Assembly (NCBI GenBank): GCA_030247525.1
Contig: JAOTSC010000002.1
Location: 571 to 64,570, forward strand
Length of the DNA stretch: 64,000 bases
Source: a bacterium
Lineage (GTDB): Bacteria > Electryoneota > JAOADG01
Direction: 5' to 3'
In this document: piece after piece, positions 1 to 9,949 of the stretch
How the letters are laid out: each line of letters starts with the position of its first letter
How positions within the stretch are numbered: position 1 is the stretch's first letter
Position numbers and translations under genes: made by a program
The notes under the pieces: model-generated
Told to the model about the DNA's origin: nothing
Database searches by the model: none
What the model saw: the letters and a program-made list of their open reading frames with translations, nothing else

Positions 1-4
1 GGGG

Positions 5-1540
5 ATGTACGACTGTGTGGTAACGAAATTTAATAGTGCATGTACGCAACTGCTATTTAGTACCTATCTTGGCGGGTCTTCCATGGACGCGCTGTTAGCG
101 ATGGCGTTAGCCAATGACGATGGTATCTATTTTACTGGCAGTTCCATGAGTCCCAATTTCCCCACGACGCGGAATGCGTATGATCGTACCTTCAATGGTG
201 GCGAAGGGGATGGCGACGCCATTATCGTACATCTCAATAGTAGCGGTAACGAATTGCTTGCCAGCAGCTTCTTCGGTGGCACCGACAACGAAAATTCTGG
301 ATTTATCCTTCGCAGTCCAAGTAACTACATTTACATTGGTGGTTATACCAAGAGCCCGGACTTGCCAGTTACTGCCGGTGCGTTCGATACATCCTTTACT
401 CCCATCACTAACTGCTATCTGGCAAAGTTCGATGCTTCGATTTCGAGTCTATTGGCTTGTACTTTTATCGGCGATTCTGGAGGTCAACTGCTCTTTCACG
501 CCGAGTTGTCCCGTGATGGCTCGATTCTCGCTGCCGGAACGACGACCTGTGCGGCTTTTCCCACAACGCCGGGAGCCTACCAAACCGAGTATCGTGGTAC
601 CACCAACCAAGTTATCGGCGGTGATGGTTTTCTACTCAAAATCGATTCTTCGCTGTCGCAATTGACATTTTCGACACTATTGGGCGACAGTGCTATCGAA
701 ATGATTTATGCATTCAAAGTGTTGAATAACGACGATATCGTCTGTACGGGCTATACGAACTCACTTCACTTCCCTATAACAACCGATGCTATTCAAGATA
801 CGTTTCAAGGGGGGGGGTGCGATGGGTTCGTAGTGAAGTTTAACGCAACGGGTACCCGGTTGCTATATAGTACCTACCTGGGTGGTAACAATTCCGACAA
901 CCTTTGGGGAATTTGTATCGATTCGACGAATAAGATTGCGATATGTGGGAGGACACAAAGTTCGAATTACCCGACGACCGCGAACGCGATTCAACCAACA
1001 TCCGGTGGCGGTTTCGACGGCATTCTCACCTATCTGGATAGCAGTTGTTCGCAGTTAGTAAATAGTACTTATCTCGGTGGTTTCAGTACCGACAATTGTT
1101 CACGCATAAGGCAGATCGGTGACGACGAATTTCTGGTCGTCGGCTTTACCGGAAGTCCTGATTTCCCCATTACCTCCACCGGTTACGATACAGCTCAAAA
1201 CGGTGATTGGGACGTGTTTCTCCTGAAAATTATTCTTGATCCAGTCTCGGTCGCTACGGAGGTTTCTTCTCATCCGAATGATTTTTATTTGTACCCCAAC
1301 TACCCGAATCCGTTCAATGCAACGACTCGCATTACTTACTCAACGCAGTTTCCTTCCCGGGTACGTTTGGTCGTCTACGACGTAACGGGTCGCAACGTTG
1401 CGACCTTAGCCGACACATTCCAATCGCCCGGTAAACACTCACAAGTCTTTTCACCGCATACCCTACCCTCGGGTGTCTATTTTGTCCAGCTCCAAGTCGG
1501 CAAGGAAGCGGTATCTCGCAAACTCGTTCTCCTAAAATAG
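5..1540 (+). CDS. Beta-propeller (SBBP-type) repeat protein with T9SS C-terminal sorting domain; 5'-truncated at window edge
   Basis: Repeating ~45-aa units (YLGGSS.D.., GIYFTGSS.S.NFPTT.NAYD..F.GG) typical of SBBP beta-propeller repeats. C-terminus NYPNPFNATTRITYS...VYDVTGRNVATL matches the T9SS Por_Secre_tail domain. Confidence 0.6.
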   Translation: MYDCVVTKFNSACTQLLFSTYLGGSSMDALLAMALANDDGIYFTGSSMSPNFPTTRNAYDRTFNGGEGDGDAIIVHLNSSGNELLASSFFGGTDNENSGFILRSPSNYIYIGGYTKSPDLPVTAGAFDTSFTPITNCYLAKFDASISSLLACTFIGDSGGQLLFHAELSRDGSILAAGTTTCAAFPTTPGAYQTEYRGTTNQVIGGDGFLLKIDSSLSQLTFSTLLGDSAIEMIYAFKVLNNDDIVCTGYTNSLHFPITTDAIQDTFQGGGCDGFVVKFNATGTRLLYSTYLGGNNSDNLWGICIDSTNKIAICGRTQSSNYPTTANAIQPTSGGGFDGILTYLDSSCSQLVNSTYLGGFSTDNCSRIRQIGDDEFLVVGFTGSPDFPITSTGYDTAQNGDWDVFLLKIILDPVSVATEVSSHPNDFYLYPNYPNPFNATTRITYSTQFPSRVRLVVYDVTGRNVATLADTFQSPGKHSQVFSPHTLPSGVYFVQLQVGKEAVSRKLVLLK

Positions 1541-1592
1541 GAACTAGTACAATCCAACGGCCTTAGGTGTATCAACCGAAGAGGAGCGCATC

Positions 1593-3323
1593 ATGAAAAT
1601 TGTCGTGAATCTTTTCGCATTAATCGTTCTCGTAGCTATATCTGCCGCAGTAGCAAACGCAGTGATCAATTTTCACGGTATGACTTGGAACGGCAATTCG
1701 GCATACGCACGGGCGTATGCGCCAAGTGGGTATTCTGGATTACAAACTGTAACGTTTTACAACGCCAAGTGGGAATGCGATCGTTGGTGGGATTCGACAG
1801 CGAGTGCGATGTGGGTCACCGGCACCTACGATTCACTGACGCATTCAGGCGATACGCTTCATTTGCGGTTCTATCGCGGCTTGAATAAGTACTATTACAA
1901 CATTGCCGATACCAATGCGACACCCGATTCGATTCGGCAATTTTACAACACATTGACTAACTATTACAATAATGATATAATGGATCCATTAAGGCGAATT
2001 TATTTTGTAGAAGATTCTCTGATGCTTGCTGCGATGGGTCGGGAATATGTCTGGTATCAGTGCGATATCCGCAGCATCGATTTCCTGCGATATGGGAAAT
2101 TCCGCTGGGATGTTCGGGCAAATTTCCTGAGCGATTTGAATGGCTACTTACATCCGGGATTGTGGATCTGGCATGACGATTCTATCAATACCAGTGCGAC
2201 ACCTGACGATACCATTTACTCGAATTGGCAACAAGCGCAAAACGAAATCGATTTTGAGTTTGGCGGATGGAGTCAACAACTTGGGGGATGGACTGACCAG
2301 AGTGGTTGGATGAATACGGCTGTCCAACCGTGGACCGGTCCGGATGCCGGGAATTGGGCTTGGTGGCCGGAACGCGGGAGAAATCTTCCGATCCAAGATG
2401 GCAGTTCGACTCATGAAATCACTTACCTACCGGAATCAATTCGATTCTTCAGTTACTGGGACACAACCGGAACCGATACATCCTGGACATTTCCCGATCC
2501 TCTGAACCCGACACCCCGCCGCGGCTACATCAATAATGCCGGATGGGGCGGTTTAGCCAGTGGTAAACCGGAACCCATTCGTACGGATTCATTAATTCTT
2601 GTGCCACGTTGCGGAATCGGCAATCGCGCCCGGATCGATTTATTGGATAAACTGCTCGGAACAGCAGAATATGACGATGGCGATTCATTCGAAATGGTTG
2701 TCACAAATTTCACGTGGACTGGCATCCCCGATCTTTCGTTTCGGGATACCGTTGGTGGGCCGTGGCCGTGGGCAACCGGTGAATGGCATCCATCGGGTTG
2801 GCATAAGTCGATGATGGTGACGACCGATTCGAATGTTACAACGACTACCATCAATTCAACCCATTCGTGCGATACCATCCGCTATGGTGAACGGGCGTGG
2901 GTGTATTGGGGGGTTCGTAACGTCGGAACCGCAACGATTCCGCCAAATGAAGGAATATCTACTTCGTTCTATGATAATGACGAATTACTCTTTACCCGGC
3001 AGCGCTTGGATTCGTTAGCGATTGGTGCAACCCTCTACGATTCGGTACAACTATCTTTAGAACCCGGCAACCACTGGCTGAAACTGATTACTGGTGTCGA
3101 GTATGGCGGTAGCAGTTTGGAAGAATTGCGGAAAAGCAATAACGCCGACTCAATCAAGATTAATGTCACTGTTCAGGACGCATCGTTAAAGAACACTGAT
3201 GGGAGTGGGTTGTCACTGCAGCGTGGCGCACACTGCACAGAAGCAAAGGTAACTGTGATGGGCACTCGATGTTTGTACTTCAGTTTGTTTACCGATTCAA
3301 TTGGCAGAACTCATTGTATGTAG
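1593..3323 (+). CDS. Secreted Trp-rich protein, possibly GH16-like glycoside hydrolase with C-terminal CARDB-like domain
   Basis: N-terminal signal peptide (MKIVVNLFALIVLVAISAAVANA). Motif NEIDFEFGGW resembles the ExDxE catalytic signature of GH16 laminarinase/lichenase. C-terminal ~120 aa resembles a CARDB/Ig-like domain. Family assignment is tentative. Confidence 0.4.
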   Translation: MKIVVNLFALIVLVAISAAVANAVINFHGMTWNGNSAYARAYAPSGYSGLQTVTFYNAKWECDRWWDSTASAMWVTGTYDSLTHSGDTLHLRFYRGLNKYYYNIADTNATPDSIRQFYNTLTNYYNNDIMDPLRRIYFVEDSLMLAAMGREYVWYQCDIRSIDFLRYGKFRWDVRANFLSDLNGYLHPGLWIWHDDSINTSATPDDTIYSNWQQAQNEIDFEFGGWSQQLGGWTDQSGWMNTAVQPWTGPDAGNWAWWPERGRNLPIQDGSSTHEITYLPESIRFFSYWDTTGTDTSWTFPDPLNPTPRRGYINNAGWGGLASGKPEPIRTDSLILVPRCGIGNRARIDLLDKLLGTAEYDDGDSFEMVVTNFTWTGIPDLSFRDTVGGPWPWATGEWHPSGWHKSMMVTTDSNVTTTTINSTHSCDTIRYGERAWVYWGVRNVGTATIPPNEGISTSFYDNDELLFTRQRLDSLAIGATLYDSVQLSLEPGNHWLKLITGVEYGGSSLEELRKSNNADSIKINVTVQDASLKNTDGSGLSLQRGAHCTEAKVTVMGTRCLYFSLFTDSIGRTHCM

Positions 3324-3792
3324 AATAAAAAATCTTCGTAGTTCAGGAGCTTATGTCCGGACATTGCTAATCCATCTGCTATCCATCTGCTACAAATTGG
3401 GGAAAGTACTGTGGTTCTGTTCGGAGCTACAGTGATCCATTTGAAAGCTGTTCCGTTTGGTTGGAGCCAGAAGGTCACCTCCATCGTTTCGACTTCATCC
3501 GGAACGCCGAGATCCCAGTACACTTTCTCTTACGATTGTCTACTCCATTCTACAACCTTCCGTTATCAAGCTCGTGAATTGGAGAAAGATTCTTAGTTGG
3601 GTTTCCTCTAAAATGAGAATGAGGAATTTTCCGCAATGATTGAGTGATATGACACAAGTTGAAAGTGTGGAAAGTTATGAGAAGGGTTTCTTGTTACTTT
3701 GGGCTCCACAATTCTTTTCTATGTACTGTAATAATAATTACATAGAATATCGTTGCGTTCTTTTTGCCGTATCGGGTGACTACACAAAGAAA

Positions 3793-3808
3793 CGGCACAG
3801 CTCTTGCA
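3793..3808 (+). promoter_or_regulatory. Sigma-54-type (-24/-12) promoter-like motif upstream of cytochrome cluster A
   Basis: cGGCAC-agctc-TTGCa with GG-N10-GC spacing, ~90 nt upstream of the GTG start at 3898 (RBS AGGAGG 8 nt upstream of the GTG). Confidence 0.35.
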
Positions 3809-3897
3809 CAGCTCAGGTTGTCAAAAAACCAAGCCCTACGTGAATTGGTTCACTTTGTCAAAGTTTTTATTTTACTTGTTTGTTAGGAGGATAATAC

Positions 3898-4548
3898 GTG
3901 AAGTCCACGCTCACCTTCGTGGTGGCAATCCTATGTTTCGCTGGGCTCTCGTTTGCGCAGATTAGCGGCACGCCGCACGATCTCTCTTCCGCTACCAGCG
4001 GTTCCAACGCTTACTACTCCAATCAATCGCAAATCTGCATTTTTTGTCATACGCCACACGCTGCCTCATCCGCTCGCACTCAATTGTGGAATCGCAGCGA
4101 ACCTGCTGGAACATTTCAAGTTTACTCCAGCCCGACGATGAATGCTTTTGATCCAACCGGTCCGATACCCAATGTGACAGGTTCTTCACTGATGTGTTTG
4201 TCCTGTCATGACGGTGTTACTGCATTAAACTCATTGGTCTATAACGGTAGACATGGTGTTCCTCAAATGACAGGTGGAAATACGCTTACCGGACTCGCCA
4301 ATTTGAATGACGCCAGTGGATTAACCAACGATCACCCGGTTTCGATTAATTATGCAACCGCTGCCGCAGCTGATGCTGAATTGCGTCCGATTGGCACTTT
4401 GCCCGGCTGGGCAATCAAAGATGGCAACTCGATTCAATGTTCAAGTTGCCATAATGTTCACTCTTTTGGCGCAACTTCGGACATGCAACCTTTCTTGAAT
4501 GCATCGAAGACGGGTTCCGCACTTTGCTTGCAGTGCCATATTAAGTAA
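3898..4548 (+). CDS. Periplasmic tetraheme c-type cytochrome (doubled-CXXCH family)
   Basis: Signal peptide. Four CxxCH motifs (CIFCHTPH, CLSCHDG, CSSCHNVH, CLQCHIK). CxxCHTPHaaS...LWNR module shared with the next gene and with the N-terminus of the 12-heme protein. Confidence 0.8.
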   Translation: MKSTLTFVVAILCFAGLSFAQISGTPHDLSSATSGSNAYYSNQSQICIFCHTPHAASSARTQLWNRSEPAGTFQVYSSPTMNAFDPTGPIPNVTGSSLMCLSCHDGVTALNSLVYNGRHGVPQMTGGNTLTGLANLNDASGLTNDHPVSINYATAAAADAELRPIGTLPGWAIKDGNSIQCSSCHNVHSFGATSDMQPFLNASKTGSALCLQCHIK

Positions 4549-4631
4549 ACCGGTAGTTTAGCTGCGTCCAGTTCAGTAAGACGAAGCGATCTTAAACGAC
4601 ATAGCTTTTTTTTTTACAGGGAATCAGTGTC

Positions 4632-5384
4632 ATGAAACGTCATTACGTCGGAATCCTAATGGTGGCATTAGCACTTTCTTTGTGCTGTGCGCTAGTTGCA
4701 AATGCCCAAATCGTTGGCACGAAGCACGACTTATCGCTAAACGGCGGTGGATATTGGGCTGGTAACGACCCGGCAAATCAAGTTTGTGTCTATTGCCATA
4801 CGCCCCACGCCGCATCGACGACCCAAAAGCCGTTGTGGAATCGTGCTGCAACCGCAGAAACTTTCATTCCGTACACCAGCTTGTCCTACAATGGTGGAAA
4901 TTACGCAGCCGACCCGACCGGACATCAACCCATGGGTGAATCGAAACTTTGCCTTTCTTGCCATGATGGTATCACGGCACTAAATGCATTACTTCACACC
5001 TATGGTCCCCCCATCCAAATGGTTGGTGGTTTCGACCAATTGGGTGATGTATATTACCCCGGTTCCCCTTACTCTACGGGAATGGGTGCGAACATCGGTG
5101 AAAACTTTCCCGGCGGCGCTGGTTCCGGCCATACGATCAACAACTTAGCAAACGATCACCCGGTTTCGTTTGCGTTCAACAACGCTTTGATTTTGGAAGA
5201 TGCAGGTGGCGGCGCAGCTCAACTGCAGTTACCAGCAACCGGCAGCGCAATCAAACTGTTTGGCACGAATGGCGACCAACTCGAGTGCAGCTCCTGCCAC
5301 AATGTTCACAGCAACACCAACGCACCATTCCTTGCGATGAGCAACAACGGAAGTGCGATCTGTTTAACTTGCCACATTAAGTAG
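4632..5384 (+). CDS. Periplasmic tetraheme c-type cytochrome, tandem paralog of 3898..4548
   Basis: Signal peptide. CVYCHTPH, CLSCHDG, CSSCHNVH, CLTCHIK, with the same motif order and spacing as the upstream gene. Confidence 0.8.
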   Translation: MKRHYVGILMVALALSLCCALVANAQIVGTKHDLSLNGGGYWAGNDPANQVCVYCHTPHAASTTQKPLWNRAATAETFIPYTSLSYNGGNYAADPTGHQPMGESKLCLSCHDGITALNALLHTYGPPIQMVGGFDQLGDVYYPGSPYSTGMGANIGENFPGGAGSGHTINNLANDHPVSFAFNNALILEDAGGGAAQLQLPATGSAIKLFGTNGDQLECSSCHNVHSNTNAPFLAMSNNGSAICLTCHIK

Positions 5385-5419
5385 TCTTAATCGGCTAAGC
5401 ATAGATAGAACTAAGTATT

Positions 5420-7126
5420 GTGAGTACCTCACCCTCTAATATCAGTTACCATCAGAGGGTACTGAATCAAAAAAAGTGCCACTCTCCAGACCTTTGGGGA
5501 GTGGTTCTTTGCTTGATTACATCATTTTTTTTTTGTGTCACGTCGGGAATTGCTCAGCCACGACTGGCATTTCAAGCCGAACTGGAATCCGGTTATCGGA
5601 CAACCCAGAACTTGAACGACCCTTCTTCAGGAAGTAAAGGCAGCGAATTTCTCCACAATTACGGATTTGGGTTGCGTGGGTATATCCTGTCCCCCAACTT
5701 TATATCCTACCGAGCCGGGATGCGGCTTCACCAATCCAATCGAAAGTATGGTGACACCTGGACGATCACCCGCACACTTGATCTTATTGATTTGAACACT
5801 CACGTTTTCCAAAACCGGCCGCTTTCGTTTAAGTTCAATTATCGACGAACACAATCGGACTTCACTTATGGTCGACAGACCGATCGGAAGTACGATAACT
5901 TTGCCGGAGCCGACATTCTCTATCAAAATCCGATACTCCCGTCGATTCAACTCAGTTATCTATACAACTCCACGGAATCCGATAAATATGGAACTGCCGG
6001 CTCGCACATCAGTTCGATTCGATTACAACGCTACACCGATTTGGCGACTGTTAGCGCATTTTTTCTGGATGAACAGCGCCGCGATTTGATTGGCGGTCGA
6101 TTTGCTCGTCACCAGCAAATCCAATTGGATGGACAAGCGAACCTATTCGACCGAACAACCACCTTGACCTCCAACTTCGAGTATGCCGGTTACAACAACA
6201 ATTACCGTTCCACTCGCTTTGGTACCCGGGTGTTAAGCATGCCCAATCCGAAGAACCGGGTGTTAGCACAATATGGCTTTAACACTACTCAAAGTATTGG
6301 TTCCTCAACATACTCAAATGTGCTCCAAGCGGATTACAAACGATTCTTTACCCCGGAGTTGACTGGAACAGTGCGGGGTAGTCTTTTTCGACAGATGCAA
6401 CTCACGAAAACAACCGAAGAAGAATTTGTCAATCGAAGCGTTAGCGCAGGTTCCGAGTATATTTCAGTAAAGCTGCATAACGACAAAACGATGCGCACGA
6501 TTGCCAACGGATTCTTCGATTACGACAAAAGCTCCACCACCGATGACAGGGTAGTGTTTCGCTCTGTTGGCGCTTACCAGATTCAACAACGGTTTACAAC
6601 AAAGTTTGCTTGGTCGAATATGTACACGCTTTCGGGGCGGGTATCGCGTACCCGACAATTGAATGATTACAACGTAAATCATACGTTTGAAAATCAGATG
6701 TCGTTTACCCCAATTCGCGTCGTTTTGCTTCAAAACATGATTACCTTGAAGGATCAAGAGGGGAGACGGTTCACGCGAGGATTTGAGAATCGTAGCAATC
6801 TTGCGTTACTCTTTTCTCATGGGTTTTCGGTTCGTACCGGCTTGATCACTAATGTAACAGTACAACCAGATTACCGACGGGTTGATTATTGGACGAGCAA
6901 TCTTGGATACGAAATCACAAGAAATCTGGTCTGGTCAGCCCAATCTTCCTACACGTTGGACCGGCAGGTAGATGTTGAATTCGGGAAGGTCGAATCGAGT
7001 CTTCGCTATCAATTGAATGAACTTGCACTAAGTCTTCAAGCTGAAGAAAGCATATCTCAAGATCGAAAAGATTTAACTCTATTCGTGAATGCATCGAGAA
7101 AGATCGGTGGTGGCCTTGCGAGATAA
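5420..7126 (+). CDS. Putative outer-membrane beta-barrel (porin-like) protein of the cytochrome cluster
   Basis: N-terminal hydrophobic signal region (VVLCLITSFFFCVTSGIA|Q). 568 aa rich in Y/N/T/S/Q/R/F with alternating amphipathic segments and no cofactor motifs. Sits between the periplasmic and the large multiheme cytochromes. Fold assignment is inferred, not proven; the ORF does not end in an aromatic residue. Confidence 0.4.
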   Translation: MSTSPSNISYHQRVLNQKKCHSPDLWGVVLCLITSFFFCVTSGIAQPRLAFQAELESGYRTTQNLNDPSSGSKGSEFLHNYGFGLRGYILSPNFISYRAGMRLHQSNRKYGDTWTITRTLDLIDLNTHVFQNRPLSFKFNYRRTQSDFTYGRQTDRKYDNFAGADILYQNPILPSIQLSYLYNSTESDKYGTAGSHISSIRLQRYTDLATVSAFFLDEQRRDLIGGRFARHQQIQLDGQANLFDRTTTLTSNFEYAGYNNNYRSTRFGTRVLSMPNPKNRVLAQYGFNTTQSIGSSTYSNVLQADYKRFFTPELTGTVRGSLFRQMQLTKTTEEEFVNRSVSAGSEYISVKLHNDKTMRTIANGFFDYDKSSTTDDRVVFRSVGAYQIQQRFTTKFAWSNMYTLSGRVSRTRQLNDYNVNHTFENQMSFTPIRVVLLQNMITLKDQEGRRFTRGFENRSNLALLFSHGFSVRTGLITNVTVQPDYRRVDYWTSNLGYEITRNLVWSAQSSYTLDRQVDVEFGKVESSLRYQLNELALSLQAEESISQDRKDLTLFVNASRKIGGGLAR

Positions 7127-8159
7127 GCGACATTTCGCATCGATTGCAATAACCCTGCTGGCCGGAGTACTTGTTATTTCGGTTATCGGATGCTTTTCGT
7201 CTCAAGAAGCAGTAATCCGGCAGCCATTGAGCCCGATAGTATGGCCACAACTACCGGAACAAGCCCGTATCCGTTTCGAGTATTCCTTTCAGTCGCCGGA
7301 AGAGCTTGGTGTAAAAAAGGGATTGTTATCTTGGTTAGCAGGAGATTCTAAACAGAATCAGTTGATACAACCGGTTGCCGTGGCAGTGTCCGATGATGAG
7401 ACGATATATGTGGTTGATGTGACGGGTGTATTGTCGTCTTATCAAGTTGCGACGAAAAAGTACCGTCAACAACGATCAACAAAATCGGGATTACTTCATA
7501 CACCAGTTTCGTTAACGTTGGGAAAAAACGACTCCGTGTATTTAGTTGATTCAGAGAGCAAAAAGATTACAGTTTACACAAACAAACTTCATCCCGTTCG
7601 TGAATTGGAAACCGGGTTAGATCGTCCAGCCGGGATTGTTTGGGATAAGTGGTCGAATCGGCTATGGATTGCCGATGCCAAAGGAAATCGAGTTGTCGCA
7701 TTCAATTTGTCCGGCAAAGTAGTTGCCCAGATAGGGGATGGGCTCGATTCATTAACAAAGTTGAATACCCCAACACATCTATGCATCGACTCATTGGGAA
7801 TTTATGTAACCGATGCCTACAACTTTCAGGTGAAAAAGTATTCATTTGCGGGTACACTGACACAAACGTTTGGTAAGTTAGGTACTAATTCCGGAGCTTT
7901 TTCGCGACCGAAGGGAATTGCCATTGACTCTGACTCGAATCTGTATGTCGTCGATGCATTATTCGGTAATGTGCAAATTTTCAATCCGGAAGGAAAATTG
8001 TTGCTCTTTTTCGGAACAACGGGCGTAACCGAGCCGGGCAACTTCAATCTACCGAACGGAATCAGTATCGATCATCGTAACCGGATCTACGTTGCTGACA
8101 CCCATCACGGGATGATCCAGGTGTTTCAGTATCTGGCAAAACAGGCGACGACAAAATGA
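7089..8159 (+). CDS. NHL-repeat (six-bladed beta-propeller) lipoprotein
   Basis: Lipoprotein-type signal (VISVIGC). Repeated NHL-like units (YVVD/YVTD/YVAD ... G.IQVF). Paralog of 20577..21626 (both end ...VQVFQY). Start uncertain because the ORF overlaps the preceding gene. Confidence 0.7.
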   Translation: MHRERSVVALRDKRHFASIAITLLAGVLVISVIGCFSSQEAVIRQPLSPIVWPQLPEQARIRFEYSFQSPEELGVKKGLLSWLAGDSKQNQLIQPVAVAVSDDETIYVVDVTGVLSSYQVATKKYRQQRSTKSGLLHTPVSLTLGKNDSVYLVDSESKKITVYTNKLHPVRELETGLDRPAGIVWDKWSNRLWIADAKGNRVVAFNLSGKVVAQIGDGLDSLTKLNTPTHLCIDSLGIYVTDAYNFQVKKYSFAGTLTQTFGKLGTNSGAFSRPKGIAIDSDSNLYVVDALFGNVQIFNPEGKLLLFFGTTGVTEPGNFNLPNGISIDHRNRIYVADTHHGMIQVFQYLAKQATTK

Positions 8160-8245
8160 TGAACGACTCGAAAATAAAGTTTCAGACTCGATTTCAAGTT
8201 GTTACTGTAACCGCTGTTTGTTCGTTGTCTTGTGGGGAGGAGCCG

Positions 8246-9949
8246 ATGGGACATCCAAGCAAGCTTACCATCCCGAGAATGTTGGCTCGCATCTTCCCGA
8301 TTATCGTCTCAATGATGATATCACTCGCATTAGCACAGCCGGAAGCGGTGACCAATACAAAGCACAACCTGTCAAGTTCCGGGACTGGCAACATTCGCGC
8401 GGTGGCTGAAACTCAGGTTTGCATATTCTGTCACACCCCGCACGGTGCTTCTTCGGAAACGCCGCTTTGGAATCGCAACGCAGTAACTACCACGTTCAGT
8501 ATTTATCCGTCGGGTGGTTCGATGCAATCGACGGTTGGACAACCCAACGGCTCAAGTCGACTCTGTTTGTCGTGCCATGATGGCACTGCCGCGATTGGTG
8601 TGGTTCGTAGTCAAGCGGGACCGATTTCACTATTGGGAACAACTGTTGGTGGGATGTTACCGGCTGGTACAAGTAATTTGGGGGTGTCGCTTACCGACGA
8701 TCATCCGATTTCATTTACTCCCTCATTGCTTGATCCTGAAATTCGAAATCCGCTGCCTACCGATCCCGTTCATCTTGATCAATCCGGTCAAGTGCAATGC
8801 CGAAGTTGCCACAATCCCCACAACAACCAGTATGACGACTTCTTGGTAGCGACTACAAATCGGGGGACGTTGTGCACTACTTGTCATATCGAAAGCGGAT
8901 GGGATGTCTCTTCCCATGGCAATCCACAAAATCCATTATTCAATCAATTGACAGAGCAAGCATGTAATAGTTGCCACGTCCAACATACGGCAGCATCTGG
9001 TCCAAGGTTACTGCGAGCGGTAGAAGAAAATCTCTGTTTAAGTTGCCACGATGGTACCCAAAATGCGAGTTGGGAAACTTCTGGTGCTGTGAATATGATT
9101 ACGGTTTTCCAAAAGACTAGCCGACATAGTGTTTCGATGAATGCCGGGGTACACAATCCAGGCGAAGGTCCCTTGAACTCGATACCAACTCCTTCGAGCT
9201 ATTTACCGGAAGAATCGCCGATTGCCCAACGCCATGTAGAATGTGCCGATTGCCATAACTCTCATGCATCTACAACCGAAGACCAAGTTGGACAAATCAA
9301 TGGGGCAATTCGGAATGTGTGGGGTGTATCGGCAGGCGGCACAAAAGTTGATCCTGCGATTTTTGAGTACCAGATTTGCTTTAAGTGTCATGGAGACTCA
9401 CGCAATCTCCCGACGAATCAAACGAATAAGCGGCTGGAGTTCGCCATTACGAATGCCAGCTTTCATCCAGTGGTCGCTCCCGGTACGAGTTCGGATGTTC
9501 CCGGTTTGCTTGCACCATGGACGACATCTTCGACGATGAATTGTACCGACTGCCATAACAGCGATGAAGATGGTTCGCCACGTGGACCCCATGGTTCGAT
9601 ATACAGCCCATTGTTAAAACGAAACTATTATACTGGAACACGTGAACCGGAAACTGCGTCACTGTATGCATCATGTTATGAGTGCCATGATCGAACGAGT
9701 CTGTACAATCCTTCGGTTTCTCATTTCGGTGAGCATTCTCGACATGTGGTTTCCCAACAATTTTCCTGTTTCCTTTGTCACAGTTCTCACGGCAGCGCAA
9801 ACAACCGACACCTTATCCGGTTTGATAGCAATAATTTGAATATCTCACCCTCATCGAGTGGAAGATTAGAATATTTGCCCAGTGCGGATGGGCACGGAAC
9901 TTGCTTCCTGACTTGTCACGACCATAATCATAATCCGGGTATTTACTGA
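8246..9949 (+). CDS. Multiheme c-type cytochrome with 11 CxxCH plus 1 CxxxCH motif (about 12 hemes)
   Basis: ORF opens at 8156, but ATG 8246 is preceded by a GGGGAGGAG RBS and gives a clean signal peptide (MGHPSKLTIPRMLARIFPIIVSMMISLALA). Motifs: CIFCH, CLSCH, CRSCH, CTTCH, CNSCH, CLSCH, CADCH, CFKCH, CTDCH, CYECH, CFLCH and C-terminal CFLTCH (CX3CH). Its TGA stop overlaps the ATG of the next gene. Confidence 0.8.
   Translation: MGHPSKLTIPRMLARIFPIIVSMMISLALAQPEAVTNTKHNLSSSGTGNIRAVAETQVCIFCHTPHGASSETPLWNRNAVTTTFSIYPSGGSMQSTVGQPNGSSRLCLSCHDGTAAIGVVRSQAGPISLLGTTVGGMLPAGTSNLGVSLTDDHPISFTPSLLDPEIRNPLPTDPVHLDQSGQVQCRSCHNPHNNQYDDFLVATTNRGTLCTTCHIESGWDVSSHGNPQNPLFNQLTEQACNSCHVQHTAASGPRLLRAVEENLCLSCHDGTQNASWETSGAVNMITVFQKTSRHSVSMNAGVHNPGEGPLNSIPTPSSYLPEESPIAQRHVECADCHNSHASTTEDQVGQINGAIRNVWGVSAGGTKVDPAIFEYQICFKCHGDSRNLPTNQTNKRLEFAITNASFHPVVAPGTSSDVPGLLAPWTTSSTMNCTDCHNSDEDGSPRGPHGSIYSPLLKRNYYTGTREPETASLYASCYECHDRTSLYNPSVSHFGEHSRHVVSQQFSCFLCHSSHGSANNRHLIRFDSNNLNISPSSSGRLEYLPSADGHGTCFLTCHDHNHNPGIY

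Noticed and set aside
174-665. 163-aa +ORF overlapping 5..1540 in another frame
   Set aside because: It is embedded in the strongly repeat-supported SBBP protein frame, with no independent motif or RBS.
3324-3897. Small ORFs (3411..3596, 3457..3639, 3640..3843) and the direct repeat CCATCTGCTAT x2 upstream of cytochrome cluster A
   Set aside because: The ORFs are short and overlapping, and lack RBS or motifs. The region is better explained as the promoter/5' leader of the cytochrome operon, which contains the sigma-54-like motif.
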